Shown here in pieces: positions 7,334 to 16,054 of a DNA stretch of 64,000 nt (positions within the stretch are counted from its first letter, which is position 1; every line of letters starts with the position of its first letter). The position numbers and the translations under genes were made by a program. The stretch lies in contig MHXZ01000018.1 in assembly GCA_001825665.1 (NCBI GenBank), forward strand, positions 972 to 64,971. Reading direction: 5' to 3'. Below the pieces are notes generated by a model, which worked only from the letters and a program-made list of their open reading frames with translations, ran no database searches and had not been told where the DNA came from. The DNA comes from Planctomycetes bacterium GWF2_41_51. Lineage in GTDB: Bacteria; Planctomycetota; Phycisphaerae; Sedimentisphaerales; UBA12454.

Positions 7334-8875
7334 ATGGATAAGCAATTTAACGATAAAACTAACAATATGACCGAAGAACAGGTGCGATGTCTTACACGAT
7401 TTAAAATGCGTCGTTTTTTCGATGAAATTGAGAAAAAGGCAAAAAGACTTAAGCCCGAAAAATTTATTCCTTATGTTCTTAAGTTTTTTCATAATCCGAT
7501 GAGAAGGGAGATAATTGGTCCTCATACAATTTTGCAAGCAATAGAAGCAAATTGTGCTTATCACAAAAGTGGATACGATGAAGAAATTACGCATAAAAAA
7601 TTCGCTGATATAATTAACCTAATAATGAAATCTGAAGAGGAGAATGATTTTTATTTATGGTCAATCCATAATAGATTAGAGATTTTTTTTCAATTTATAA
7701 ACAGAATACAAATTGAAGTTCAAAAGACGGGCTTTTCTAAGTATTATTTATCGCGATATTGGAATTTATTTTATGACAATGATCATATACGAAAAATGCA
7801 TAATGATTTTGAAAATATTTATAAAATATCTGTAGAAAAATGGTTTTTGTGTTCATTTGCAATGTATGCGATGTTTGCAAAAGACTTTATCATACCCAAA
7901 GAATTTAAAATTTCTTCAAGTATGAGTATCGATGAAAATGACATTAGCACATATTTAAATTTTAGTTGTTATTCTGTCGCAGAAATACAGGAAAGATATT
8001 TTGAAACAAGAAAAAATATTAAAGAAGAATTTCATTTTCTTGTAAGAACAGTATTTGTAGAAAGGCCAATTGTTTTATTAGATGGCGATCAATTGGTTGC
8101 GCCAGTTCCAGAGTTGTTATTCCGTCATATGGGACATGGATTAAATGATTTATTTGAAAAAATAGATTCTTCTTACGGATGTTATTTAGGTAAAGCTTTT
8201 CAGGAGTATACAAAAAAAACATTAAATTGCCTAAGTAATGTAGTTCTATATTCAAATGAAGAGTTAGAAAAATTATCCGCAGGAGACAAAAGTTGTGATT
8301 TTCTTTTGGCTACACAGTCAGAAAATATCTTAATTGAGTGTAAGGCGATTGACTTAAAAGTTAGAACTCTGACAGAAAATGCTATATTTAACAGTAATGC
8401 GTTTTCTAAAATTAAAGATGGAATCTGTCAAATTGATAATACATTGAATAATATCATGAATGGGAAATTGTGTTTGCCTGGAATTGATACAAAAAAACCA
8501 TTCTTAAAGATGGTTGTTACTTTTGGTGAAATGTTTGGGTTTAACAGTGATTGGATATTTAATAAAATGTGCCCACAAATAAACTATGATGAGGAAAAAA
8601 ATCTTAAGCCAATGATTTTCTCAATAGCAGGACTTGAAAAGTTTGTGTTGTATATAGAAAATTCAAGTGAATCTCTCATTGATATTTATCATGCAAAACG
8701 GAAAGATGGATATTTTGCGACAGGTGATTGGGATAATTATTTAAGTAGTAAGATTGCTTCTATTAAACCAATAAAAAATGATATAAATTTTCTTAATGAG
8801 GGCTTTGATAGTATGCTTGATAAATTCGAAATTGATTTTGCAGGTAGAGAAAATATTTTAGATGATCATGACTGA
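7334..8875 (+). CDS. Hypothetical protein with a PD-(D/E)xK nuclease-like motif (AT-rich gene)
   Basis: FQEY...SCDFLLATQSENILIECKA fits the E...D...ExK restriction-endonuclease-like signature. The start is 10 bp after the upstream gene, and the gene is visibly AT-rich. Confidence 0.45.
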   Translation: MDKQFNDKTNNMTEEQVRCLTRFKMRRFFDEIEKKAKRLKPEKFIPYVLKFFHNPMRREIIGPHTILQAIEANCAYHKSGYDEEITHKKFADIINLIMKSEEENDFYLWSIHNRLEIFFQFINRIQIEVQKTGFSKYYLSRYWNLFYDNDHIRKMHNDFENIYKISVEKWFLCSFAMYAMFAKDFIIPKEFKISSSMSIDENDISTYLNFSCYSVAEIQERYFETRKNIKEEFHFLVRTVFVERPIVLLDGDQLVAPVPELLFRHMGHGLNDLFEKIDSSYGCYLGKAFQEYTKKTLNCLSNVVLYSNEELEKLSAGDKSCDFLLATQSENILIECKAIDLKVRTLTENAIFNSNAFSKIKDGICQIDNTLNNIMNGKLCLPGIDTKKPFLKMVVTFGEMFGFNSDWIFNKMCPQINYDEEKNLKPMIFSIAGLEKFVLYIENSSESLIDIYHAKRKDGYFATGDWDNYLSSKIASIKPIKNDINFLNEGFDSMLDKFEIDFAGRENILDDHD

Positions 8876-9785
8876 AAACGCCAACAGGAAGTTCAATATT
8901 GCCGGAACTGCGTTTGCGGTCTCATCGCTTTTTTTTGGTGTGCCGGGTCCGCTGATTATAAAATATATCGCTCCGCATATAGATGTCTGGACACAGAATT
9001 TTCTCCGTTATGTTGTTGCTGCCGCGGTATTGATTCCTTTTGCGCTGATATCACGCGAAAGGGCGATTTTTAATAAAATTATCTGGCGAAAAACTTTGAT
9101 TATCGCATTTATCAATGTCATAATGCAGTGTTGCTGGGGTGCGGCGTTCTATTACATCAATCCGGCCTTTATAACACTTTTGGCAAAATCCTCAATTTTT
9201 TGGACTTCCGCGATTTCGCTCATTTTCTTTGCCGATGAACGGCTGTTAGTTAAAAGCAGAAATTTTTGGCTGTCTTTTTTTATCGTCGTAATCGGGATTA
9301 TCGGCGTAACTGTTTTCAAAAACGATTTTTCAACCAAAGCATCAATCATCGGTATCGTTTTAACGCTTGGGTTTGCTTTCAGTTGGGCGATATACACGAT
9401 ATCCATAAAAGTTTTGCTGAAAAGCAGTAATTCCACCACGAGTTTTGCGGTGGTATCGGTATATACAGCGATTGCTCTCGGTATTTTGGCTTTCGTATTC
9501 GGCAAACCGCAGCAATCCATGGCTATGTCTAATTTCGGCTGGTTTCTTCTGGCCATAAGTGCTGTTACGAGTATTGCCGGTTCACACAGCACCTATTATG
9601 CAGCGATAAAAAGGATAGGCTCGACCATTCCGCCTCTTATTGTTCTCGCCCAGCCGTTTCTGGTTTTGCTGGTTTCCAGAGTGGTTTTCAACGAATATCT
9701 TAACGCATATCAATGGTTTTTCGGTTTATTACTCATTGCAGGCTCAGCACTTGCAATCAAATCTCAGGATTACCTGAATAGATAA
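8862..9785 (+). CDS. EamA/DMT-family transporter
   Basis: About 10 TM helices in two similar halves, as is typical of drug/metabolite transporters. Confidence 0.65.
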   Translation: MIMTENANRKFNIAGTAFAVSSLFFGVPGPLIIKYIAPHIDVWTQNFLRYVVAAAVLIPFALISRERAIFNKIIWRKTLIIAFINVIMQCCWGAAFYYINPAFITLLAKSSIFWTSAISLIFFADERLLVKSRNFWLSFFIVVIGIIGVTVFKNDFSTKASIIGIVLTLGFAFSWAIYTISIKVLLKSSNSTTSFAVVSVYTAIALGILAFVFGKPQQSMAMSNFGWFLLAISAVTSIAGSHSTYYAAIKRIGSTIPPLIVLAQPFLVLLVSRVVFNEYLNAYQWFFGLLLIAGSALAIKSQDYLNR

Positions 9786-9825
9786 AATTTTCCGAAAATT
9801 ATCTTTCATTTTCAGAACAAATAAG

Positions 9826-9855
9826 TTACTATGTGATTATATATTCACATAGTAA
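9826..9855. promoter_or_regulatory. Candidate ArsR operator: 11-bp perfect inverted repeat
   Basis: TTACTATGTGA-TTATATAT-TCACATAGTAA lies 19 bp upstream of the arsR-family start. Confidence 0.6.
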
Positions 9856-9873
9856 TATATGTAAAGGCGTATA

Positions 9874-10203
9874 ATGACTGAAAAAACAAAAAAAATAGTG
9901 TATGAAAAACAGGCGGAAATATTAAAGGCGCTGGCTCATCCGGTTCGTGTCGCTATTCTTTATTTTCTTAAGGATGGCGAACAGTGCGTCTGCGATATCG
10001 CAAAGTATGTCGGCTCTGAACGGTCAAATGTTTCAAAGCATCTTTCCGTTTTAGTGTCCTGCGGCGTTCTGGATTTTCATAAAGAAGGACTAAACGTAAT
10101 ATATCGTTTGAAAGCCAGATGCATTATGGATTTTTTTGAATGTATAACCACTTGTCTCAAGCAGCAGGCAAACGAAAATATAAAACTCCTCAAGGCTATG
10201 TAA
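9874..10203 (+). CDS. arsR: ArsR/SmtB-family metalloregulator
   Basis: Winged HTH with the metal-site motif EQCVCDIAKYVG..SNVSKHLSVL. Confidence 0.85.
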   Translation: MTEKTKKIVYEKQAEILKALAHPVRVAILYFLKDGEQCVCDIAKYVGSERSNVSKHLSVLVSCGVLDFHKEGLNVIYRLKARCIMDFFECITTCLKQQANENIKLLKAM

Positions 10204-10204
10204 T

Positions 10205-11374
10205 ATGAGCATAAAAGCTGAAAGTAAAAAATTAATTCTGATAATTGCCGTTTTTCTTTTCATTTATTTTTTACCAATCGGCAATACGCGTTTTGATAAC
10301 GCCATTATGCAATCGCTGGCTCTTATTAAATGGTATGCAAGAGAGCATGTGCTTCTTTGTCTTATTCCGGCGTTTTTCATAGCGGGGGCTATTTCAGTTT
10401 TTGTCAGTCAGGCTTCGGTTATGAAATATCTTGGCGCAAAAGCTAATAAAATCCTTGCGTATGGTGTTGCATCGGTTTCGGGAACTATCCTTGCGGTTTG
10501 TTCCTGTACTGTTCTTCCGCTGTTTGCGGGGATTTATAAGATGGGCGCCGGATTAGGGCCTGCTTGTGCGTTTTTATATTCCGGCCCGGCGATAAACGTT
10601 CTTGCGATTATTTTAACTGCGAGAATTCTCGGTTTCCAGTTAGGTCTCGCGCGAGCAATAGGCGCAATCCTTTTCAGTATTGTAATTGGTTTATTAATGC
10701 ACTTTATTTATCGAAAAGAAGAAAACCAGAAAGCCGAAAATGCAATCGCTATGCCCGAGGCGGAAAAGAGCAGGCCGCTTTGGCAGAACGGTTTATATTT
10801 CGCGTCGATGGTCGCTATTTTGGTTTTCGCGAATTGGGCAAAACCGATTCAGGAAAGCGGGGCATGGGCTGCTGTTTACTCTGTTAAATGGATTATTACC
10901 GCGGTAAGTCTTGCTGCTTTGTTTGTTTTTCTTTTTCTGTGGTTCAAAAAAGATGATATGGTTCAGTGGACAAGTTCGACGTGGACTTTTACAAAGCAAA
11001 TTTTACCTTTACTTTTCGGAGGTGTTATTGTAGCAGGCTTTTTGCTCGGCACCCCTAGCGGCGAAGGTATAATACCTTCAAAATGGGTTTCGGCGGCAGT
11101 CGGCGGCAATTCAATTCGTGCCAATTTGTTCGCATCGGTTGCGGGTGCATTTATGTATTTCGCGACTTTGACGGAAGTTCCAATCGTTCAGGGGCTTGTC
11201 TCGGCCGGTATGGGTAAAGGTCCCGCTCTTGCGTTATTACTCGCAGGTCCGGCTCTTTCGCTGCCGAGCATGCTCGTTATCCGCAGCGTTATGGGGACTA
11301 AAAAAACAATTGTATTTGTCTCGCTTGTCGTTGTAATGGCGACTATTTCGGGAATGATTTTTGGAGCGTTCTAA
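10205..11374 (+). CDS. Permease of the ArsP/COG0701-type family (vicinal-Cys permease)
   Basis: Multi-TM protein with a CSC motif in a TM helix (ILAVCSCTVLPLFAG), sitting in an ars operon. Confidence 0.65.
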   Translation: MSIKAESKKLILIIAVFLFIYFLPIGNTRFDNAIMQSLALIKWYAREHVLLCLIPAFFIAGAISVFVSQASVMKYLGAKANKILAYGVASVSGTILAVCSCTVLPLFAGIYKMGAGLGPACAFLYSGPAINVLAIILTARILGFQLGLARAIGAILFSIVIGLLMHFIYRKEENQKAENAIAMPEAEKSRPLWQNGLYFASMVAILVFANWAKPIQESGAWAAVYSVKWIITAVSLAALFVFLFLWFKKDDMVQWTSSTWTFTKQILPLLFGGVIVAGFLLGTPSGEGIIPSKWVSAAVGGNSIRANLFASVAGAFMYFATLTEVPIVQGLVSAGMGKGPALALLLAGPALSLPSMLVIRSVMGTKKTIVFVSLVVVMATISGMIFGAF

Positions 11375-12186
11375 TGGAATCTAATGAAAAAATAAGGGAA
11401 GCGGTTCGCAAGGGATATGGCGAAATTGCCAAGGGCAGTTCGTGCGGCTGCTGCGGCTCATCATCTCCATCTAAACTTGCCAAGGGAATCGGCTATACGA
11501 AACAGGAACTTGCTGCTTTACCCGATGGCGCGAATATGGGGCTTTCCTGCGGCAATCCTACTGCAATTGCTAATCTTCAGCCCAGCCAGGTTGTTTTGGA
11601 TTTAGGCAGCGGCGGAGGGTTCGATTGTTTCATCGCCGCTAAAAAAGTCGGCAAAAAAGGAAAAGCAATCGGCGTGGATATGACTCCGGATATGCTCAGC
11701 AAAGCAAGAGTGAACATTTCGAAATTTACAAAAAAAACAGGTCTTGCCAATGTCGAATTTCGACTCGGCGAAATTGAACATCTTCCTGTCGCTGATAAAA
11801 GTGTCGATGTCGTTATCTCAAATTGCGTAATCAATCTTTCACCCGCAAAGCAGCAGGTCTGGAATGAAATCGTCCGTGTTTTAAAACCGAAAGGCAAAGC
11901 CTGTATTTCCGATTTGGCTCTAAAATCACCTCTGCCCAAAAAAGTTTTAAAATCTGCGGCCGCTTTGGTTAGCTGCGTCGCAGGTGCGGTACTGATTGAT
12001 GATACAATCAAAATGGCCAGGAAAGCGGGCTTAAAGAAAATCGACATCGAAGAAAAAGTATATAATATTGATGTAATGGCCGATTGCAGCGATCCGCTTT
12101 ATAAAGAGGTTAAGCAATATCTGCCAAAAGGCAAAAAACTTTCAGATTACATCGTAAGTATAAATGTTACGGCATTCAAGCTGTAA
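11374..12186 (+). CDS. arsM: Arsenite S-adenosylmethionine methyltransferase
   Basis: SAM motif [13 protein letters not shown] plus the conserved Cys positions ([26 protein letters not shown]). Confidence 0.85.
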   Translation: MESNEKIREAVRKGYGEIAKGSSCGCCGSSSPSKLAKGIGYTKQELAALPDGANMGLSCGNPTAIANLQPSQVVLDLGSGGGFDCFIAAKKVGKKGKAIGVDMTPDMLSKARVNISKFTKKTGLANVEFRLGEIEHLPVADKSVDVVISNCVINLSPAKQQVWNEIVRVLKPKGKACISDLALKSPLPKKVLKSAAALVSCVAGAVLIDDTIKMARKAGLKKIDIEEKVYNIDVMADCSDPLYKEVKQYLPKGKKLSDYIVSINVTAFKL

Positions 12187-12196
12187 GGGTATCAAT

Positions 12197-13288
12197 ATGA
12201 CAGAAGTAAAAACAAAAAATCTTAATGTTTTTGAACGGTATCTTACGTTATGGGTGATTCTTTGCATTATTGGCGGAATTATTTTAGGCAAAGTTGCGCC
12301 AGGTTTCGCGAAATCTCTTGATGCGATGGCAATTTATGTCGATGGCGCTCCCGTCGTTTCGATTCCAATCGCGATTGCACTTTTCTTTATGATGTACCCG
12401 ATAATGGTCAAAATTGATTTTGCCGCAGTCGTAAAAGCCGGCAAAAGTCCCAAACCCGTTCTGCTGACGCTGGTAGTTAACTGGTGTATCAAACCTTTTA
12501 CTATGTTTGCAATCGCGTGGTTTTTTCTTGGCGTGGTTTTTCGAGGCTTCCTTCCCGGAACGGAAATCGTAAAAGACGGTACGGAAGTCGAACTGTTCCG
12601 CTCTTATATTTCCGGCGCGATTCTGCTTGGCATTGCACCTTGCACTGCTATGGTGCTTATGTGGGGTTATCTCGCAAGAGGCAATCAGGGACATACATTG
12701 ATAATGGTTGCGATAAATTCGCTCACAATGCTCGTACTCTATGGTCTGCTTGGCGGCTGGCTGCTTGGCATAAATCGTATGCCTGTGCCGTGGCAGGCGC
12801 TTCTTTTATCAATCAGCATTTATGTTGCTCTGCCGTTAGTTGCTGGCTATTTCTCTCGCAAATGGGTAATTGCCGCAAAAGGCAAAGAGTGGTTCGAAGC
12901 GAAATTCCTCCACGTCCTTACACCTATATCAATTATCGCTTTGCTCGGAACGCTGGTGCTGCTGTTCAGCTTCAAAGGCGAAACGATTTTGAATAATCCG
13001 CTTACGATTCTCTGGATTGCGATTCCGCTTTTTATCCAGACAATTTTAATATTTGCGATAACTTATTTTCTGGCGAAGCTGCTGAAATTCTCTTATGAAG
13101 ATGCCGCGCCGTCAGCTATGATTGGCGCATCGAATCATTTTGAAGTTGCAATTGCGACTGCGACAATGTTGTTTGGCTTATCAAGCGGCGCCGCTCTTGC
13201 GACAGTTGTCGGCGTTTTAATTGAAGTACCAGTAATGCTTATGCTCGTCAAGATTTGTTTAAGAACACAAAAATGGTTTAAACGATAA
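12197..13288 (+). CDS. acr3: Arsenite efflux permease, ACR3 family
   Basis: [13 protein letters not shown] signature and about 10 TM helices. The ATG at 12197 is preferred over the 12164 extension that overlaps arsM. Confidence 0.85.
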   Translation: MTEVKTKNLNVFERYLTLWVILCIIGGIILGKVAPGFAKSLDAMAIYVDGAPVVSIPIAIALFFMMYPIMVKIDFAAVVKAGKSPKPVLLTLVVNWCIKPFTMFAIAWFFLGVVFRGFLPGTEIVKDGTEVELFRSYISGAILLGIAPCTAMVLMWGYLARGNQGHTLIMVAINSLTMLVLYGLLGGWLLGINRMPVPWQALLLSISIYVALPLVAGYFSRKWVIAAKGKEWFEAKFLHVLTPISIIALLGTLVLLFSFKGETILNNPLTILWIAIPLFIQTILIFAITYFLAKLLKFSYEDAAPSAMIGASNHFEVAIATATMLFGLSSGAALATVVGVLIEVPVMLMLVKICLRTQKWFKR

Positions 13289-13299
13289 AAGGTGTGAAA

Positions 13300-13533
13300 A
13301 TGAAAAAAATACAAATACTTGGAACAGGTTGTCCGAAGTGCAAAAAACTTGCCGAATGCGCCGAGCAGGCTGCCAAAGAAATGGCAATAGAATACCAGCT
13401 CGAAAAAGTTACACAAATCAATGATATTATGAAATTCGGCGTTATGATGACTCCTGCTCTGGTTATCGATGGACAGGTTAAAGCTGTGGGTAAAGTACTG
13501 ACTGTTGAACAAATAAAGGAAACACTAAGATGA
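13300..13533 (+). CDS. Small thioredoxin-fold redox-active disulfide protein (CPKC)
   Basis: KIQILGTGCPKCKKL...PALVIDG is typical of the small thioredoxin-like proteins that accompany COG0701 permeases. Confidence 0.75.
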   Translation: MKKIQILGTGCPKCKKLAECAEQAAKEMAIEYQLEKVTQINDIMKFGVMMTPALVIDGQVKAVGKVLTVEQIKETLR

Positions 13534-13967
13534 AAAAAATGCCTAAAATAATTGCTGTATTACTTCTTGCATCGTCAGTTGTGGCGGTAATAATGCTGAA
13601 GAACAAAGAGAATAAATCGCAAGCAGTCGCAATAGAAACTCCTCCGGCTGTTATCTCTGAATCTAATCAGCCTGCTCAGCCGCAGAAATTGCCGAAACTT
13701 ATCGAACTTGGCGCAGACAAATGTATCCCCTGCAAAATGATGAAGCCTATACTCGACGAACTCACAGCGGAATACAAAGGCAAACTCGATGTGATGTTTC
13801 ACGATGTATGGAAGGAACCGGCTTACGCTGAAAAGTATAACATCGAAATTATTCCCACACAAATTTTCCTCGGACCCGATGATAAAGAACTTTTCCGTCA
13901 TCAGGGTTTCTTCGCTAAAGAAGAAATTTTAACAAAGTGGAAAGAACTTGGGTTTGAATTGAAATAA
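13530..13967 (+). CDS. Membrane-anchored or exported thioredoxin-family protein (CIPC)
   Basis: N-terminal signal anchor followed by a thioredoxin fold with the CIPC active site. Confidence 0.75.
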   Translation: MKKMPKIIAVLLLASSVVAVIMLKNKENKSQAVAIETPPAVISESNQPAQPQKLPKLIELGADKCIPCKMMKPILDELTAEYKGKLDVMFHDVWKEPAYAEKYNIEIIPTQIFLGPDDKELFRHQGFFAKEEILTKWKELGFELK

Positions 13968-13969
13968 TT

Positions 13970-14668
13970 ATGCAGGAATTATTTACACAATTGACTCGTG
14001 CGGTTGAAAATACATGGTTGATTGCTCTTACAGCATCATTCATCTGGGGCATTTTAAGCATCTTATTGAGTCCATGCCATCTTGCGAGTATCCCGCTCAT
14101 CGTCGGCTTTATTGATCAGCAGGGAAAGATATCAACAAAGCGGGCGTTCTGGATTTCCACTTTATTTGCGGCAGGCATTCTTATAACTATCGCTCTTGTA
14201 GGTGTGATTACCGCAGCGGCAGGGCGGATGATTGGCAATGTCGGCAGGTATGGAAATTATTTCGTTGCTGCCGTTTTCTTTATCGTAGGACTTCTTCTGC
14301 TTGATGTGATTCCAATGCCGTTTTCAGGCCCCGGCAAAATCGGTATGAAGCAGAAAGGTTTATTGGCTGCATTTATTTTAGGGCTTGTTTTTGGAATCGC
14401 GCTTGGCCCCTGTACTTTCGCGTTTATGGCGCCGATGCTCGCTGTTACTTTCAAAACCGCTTCCACTAATCTCTTTTACGGCATTTTACTTTTAGTCGCT
14501 TACGGCATCGGCCATTGCTCTGTAATTGTTTTCGCAGGAACCTTCACCGAGGTTGTTCAGCGTTATATGAATTGGAACGAAAAGTCCAAAGGCGCGGTAA
14601 TCCTCAAAAAAATCTGCGGCGTACTTGTCCTTGCGGCGGGCCTGTATATGATTTATACTGCTCCTTAA
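13970..14668 (+). CDS. ccdA: CcdA/DsbD-family thiol-disulfide electron transporter
   Basis: Six TM helices with the two conserved Cys motifs LSPCHL and LGPCTFA. Confidence 0.8.
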   Translation: MQELFTQLTRAVENTWLIALTASFIWGILSILLSPCHLASIPLIVGFIDQQGKISTKRAFWISTLFAAGILITIALVGVITAAAGRMIGNVGRYGNYFVAAVFFIVGLLLLDVIPMPFSGPGKIGMKQKGLLAAFILGLVFGIALGPCTFAFMAPMLAVTFKTASTNLFYGILLLVAYGIGHCSVIVFAGTFTEVVQRYMNWNEKSKGAVILKKICGVLVLAAGLYMIYTAP

Positions 14669-14748
14669 GAACTAAATCCTGGACGATAAAAAGAAAGATG
14701 CTACTTTGACTAACGGATATGAGACGTCGATTATCAGAAATAATGAAC

Positions 14749-14796
14749 TTGACAGCATTTTTTTGTATTATAATACTTCGTTATATGGCGAAGTAT
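14749..14796 (+). promoter_or_regulatory. Sigma70-type promoter (TTGACA ... TATAAT) overlapping an 8-bp inverted repeat (candidate ArsR operator)
   Basis: TTGACA at 14749-14754 with TATAAT downstream; the spacer is shorter than optimal. ATACTTCG-TTATATGG-CGAAGTAT lies at 14773-14796. Confidence 0.55.
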
Positions 14797-14806
14797 AGGA
14801 GGTAAA

Positions 14807-15166
14807 ATGCTCGACGTATTAAACATTACAAAGGCAATGTCGGACGAAAACCGGATTAGGGCATTAATGATGCTGACCGGCGGTGAACTCTGCGTTTGCC
14901 AGATAATTGAAATGCTCGGATTAGCCCCATCAACAGTGTCGAAGCATATGTCCATTCTTCGACAGGCCGGGCTGGTTAAGACACGCAAGGAAGGCCGGTG
15001 GATTTATTATCGGCTCGCTGATAGTAAAGCTCTAAAAGCGAGTGAAATACTCCGCTGGCTGGATAAACATTTGAAAAACGATAAGCGTATTTTAGACGAT
15101 GTTAAACAACTGCGGCAAATACAAAAGATTAGCAAAGATGAATTATGTCACTGCTATAAGAGTTAA
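14807..15166 (+). CDS. arsR: ArsR/SmtB-family metalloregulator (second copy)
   Basis: ELCVCQIIEMLGLAPSTVSKHMSILRQAGL motif. Confidence 0.85.
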   Translation: MLDVLNITKAMSDENRIRALMMLTGGELCVCQIIEMLGLAPSTVSKHMSILRQAGLVKTRKEGRWIYYRLADSKALKASEILRWLDKHLKNDKRILDDVKQLRQIQKISKDELCHCYKS

Positions 15167-15171
15167 AGAAT

Positions 15172-15618
15172 ATGAACATTAAACTTAAAATTTTATTTCT
15201 TTGTACCGGCAATTCGTGCCGCAGTCAAATGGCTGAAGGTTGGGCAAGGTATCTGAAAAATGATTGTATAGAACCTTACTCCGCAGGCATTAAAACACAC
15301 GGCCTTAATCCTAATGCTGTTAAAGTAATGGCTGAGGCGGGTGTGGATATTTCAGGCCAATATTCAAAGCACCTTGATGAATTAAAAGAAACAAATTTCG
15401 ATTATGTAATAACGGTGTGTGACAATGCTCACGAAAGCTGTCCAATGTTTCCCCGTAAGACAAAAGTTATTCATGCTGGTTTCGATGACCCGCCGAGACT
15501 GGCAAAAGAAACAAAAACCGAAGAAGAAGCTTTGAACATTTACCGTCGTGTTCGTGATGAGATAAAAGCGTTCATCGAGAAGTTTCCTGAATGTCTGGAA
15601 AAGAATAAAAATGAATAA
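15172..15618 (+). CDS. arsC: Arsenate reductase, LMW-PTPase/thioredoxin-coupled type
   Basis: CTGNSCRSQMAEG P-loop plus downstream Cys residues (VCDNAHESCP). Confidence 0.85.
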   Translation: MNIKLKILFLCTGNSCRSQMAEGWARYLKNDCIEPYSAGIKTHGLNPNAVKVMAEAGVDISGQYSKHLDELKETNFDYVITVCDNAHESCPMFPRKTKVIHAGFDDPPRLAKETKTEEEALNIYRRVRDEIKAFIEKFPECLEKNKNE

Positions 15619-15889
15619 TCTGAATAGAAATCAGGCTCAGGAAATCATTAAGGAGCTTGAAAACAGCATCATACGTCTGGAATGTTTGACATGTGACTGC
15701 TTTCAGGGGCTTTTGACTCAACTGGAACTGGACTGCCCGGAAGATGTCTGCGACCTGATCAGTTGTCTTAAGACTCCGACTGAAAAGATGCATGGTTGTC
15801 TCGGTTGCGACCCTTGTCTGCCGGGTGAGCTATTTGCTAAATATCTCAAGTCAAAAACAAATAACAATAACACAAATATGAAGGAATAA
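15611..15889 (+). CDS. Hypothetical Cys-rich protein
   Basis: ORF overlaps the arsC stop by 8 nt. Contains CLTCDC and CLGCDPC clusters. No family recognised. Confidence 0.45.
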   Translation: MNNLNRNQAQEIIKELENSIIRLECLTCDCFQGLLTQLELDCPEDVCDLISCLKTPTEKMHGCLGCDPCLPGELFAKYLKSKTNNNNTNMKE

Positions 15890-15895
15890 TACCAA

Positions 15896-16054
15896 ATGAA
15901 AACAGAAAAAAAGAAAAAAGGACTATTGGCAGCAATATGGGAATCTATGACCAAGACTGGCGGATGCTGCGGTGGTGGTGGAGGAGATTGCTGCGGCTCT
16001 TCAAATGAAGATGATAAAAAAACCTGTGAAAAAAAGAACTCGTCCGATGAATGA
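15896..16054 (+). CDS. Small (52 aa) Cys-rich peptide, candidate metal-binding partner of the ATPase
   Basis: Not in the ORF track because it is shorter than 60 aa. ATG follows GAAGGAA. Product is MKTEKKKKGLLAAIWESMTKTGGCCGGGGGDCCGSSNEDDKKTCEKKNSSDE. Its stop overlaps the ATPase ATG (GATGAATGA). Confidence 0.45.
   Translation: MKTEKKKKGLLAAIWESMTKTGGCCGGGGGDCCGSSNEDDKKTCEKKNSSDE

Noticed and set aside
12484-12996. Alternative-frame and antisense ORFs inside well-supported genes. Examples: 12484..12996 in acr3, 16236..17797 antisense to the ATPase, 60671..61401 antisense to hisF, 62866..63737 antisense to the Na/Pi transporter.
   Set aside because: These are shadow ORFs with low-complexity or Arg/Ser-rich translations and no motifs, and each is fully contained in a gene with strong family signatures.
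15972-16046. GTG-initiated 25-aa N-terminal extension of the P-type ATPase given in the ORF track.
   Set aside because: The extension overlaps the better-supported 52-aa Cys-rich ORF in another frame. The ATG at 16047 gives a typical start and a coupled stop/start junction.
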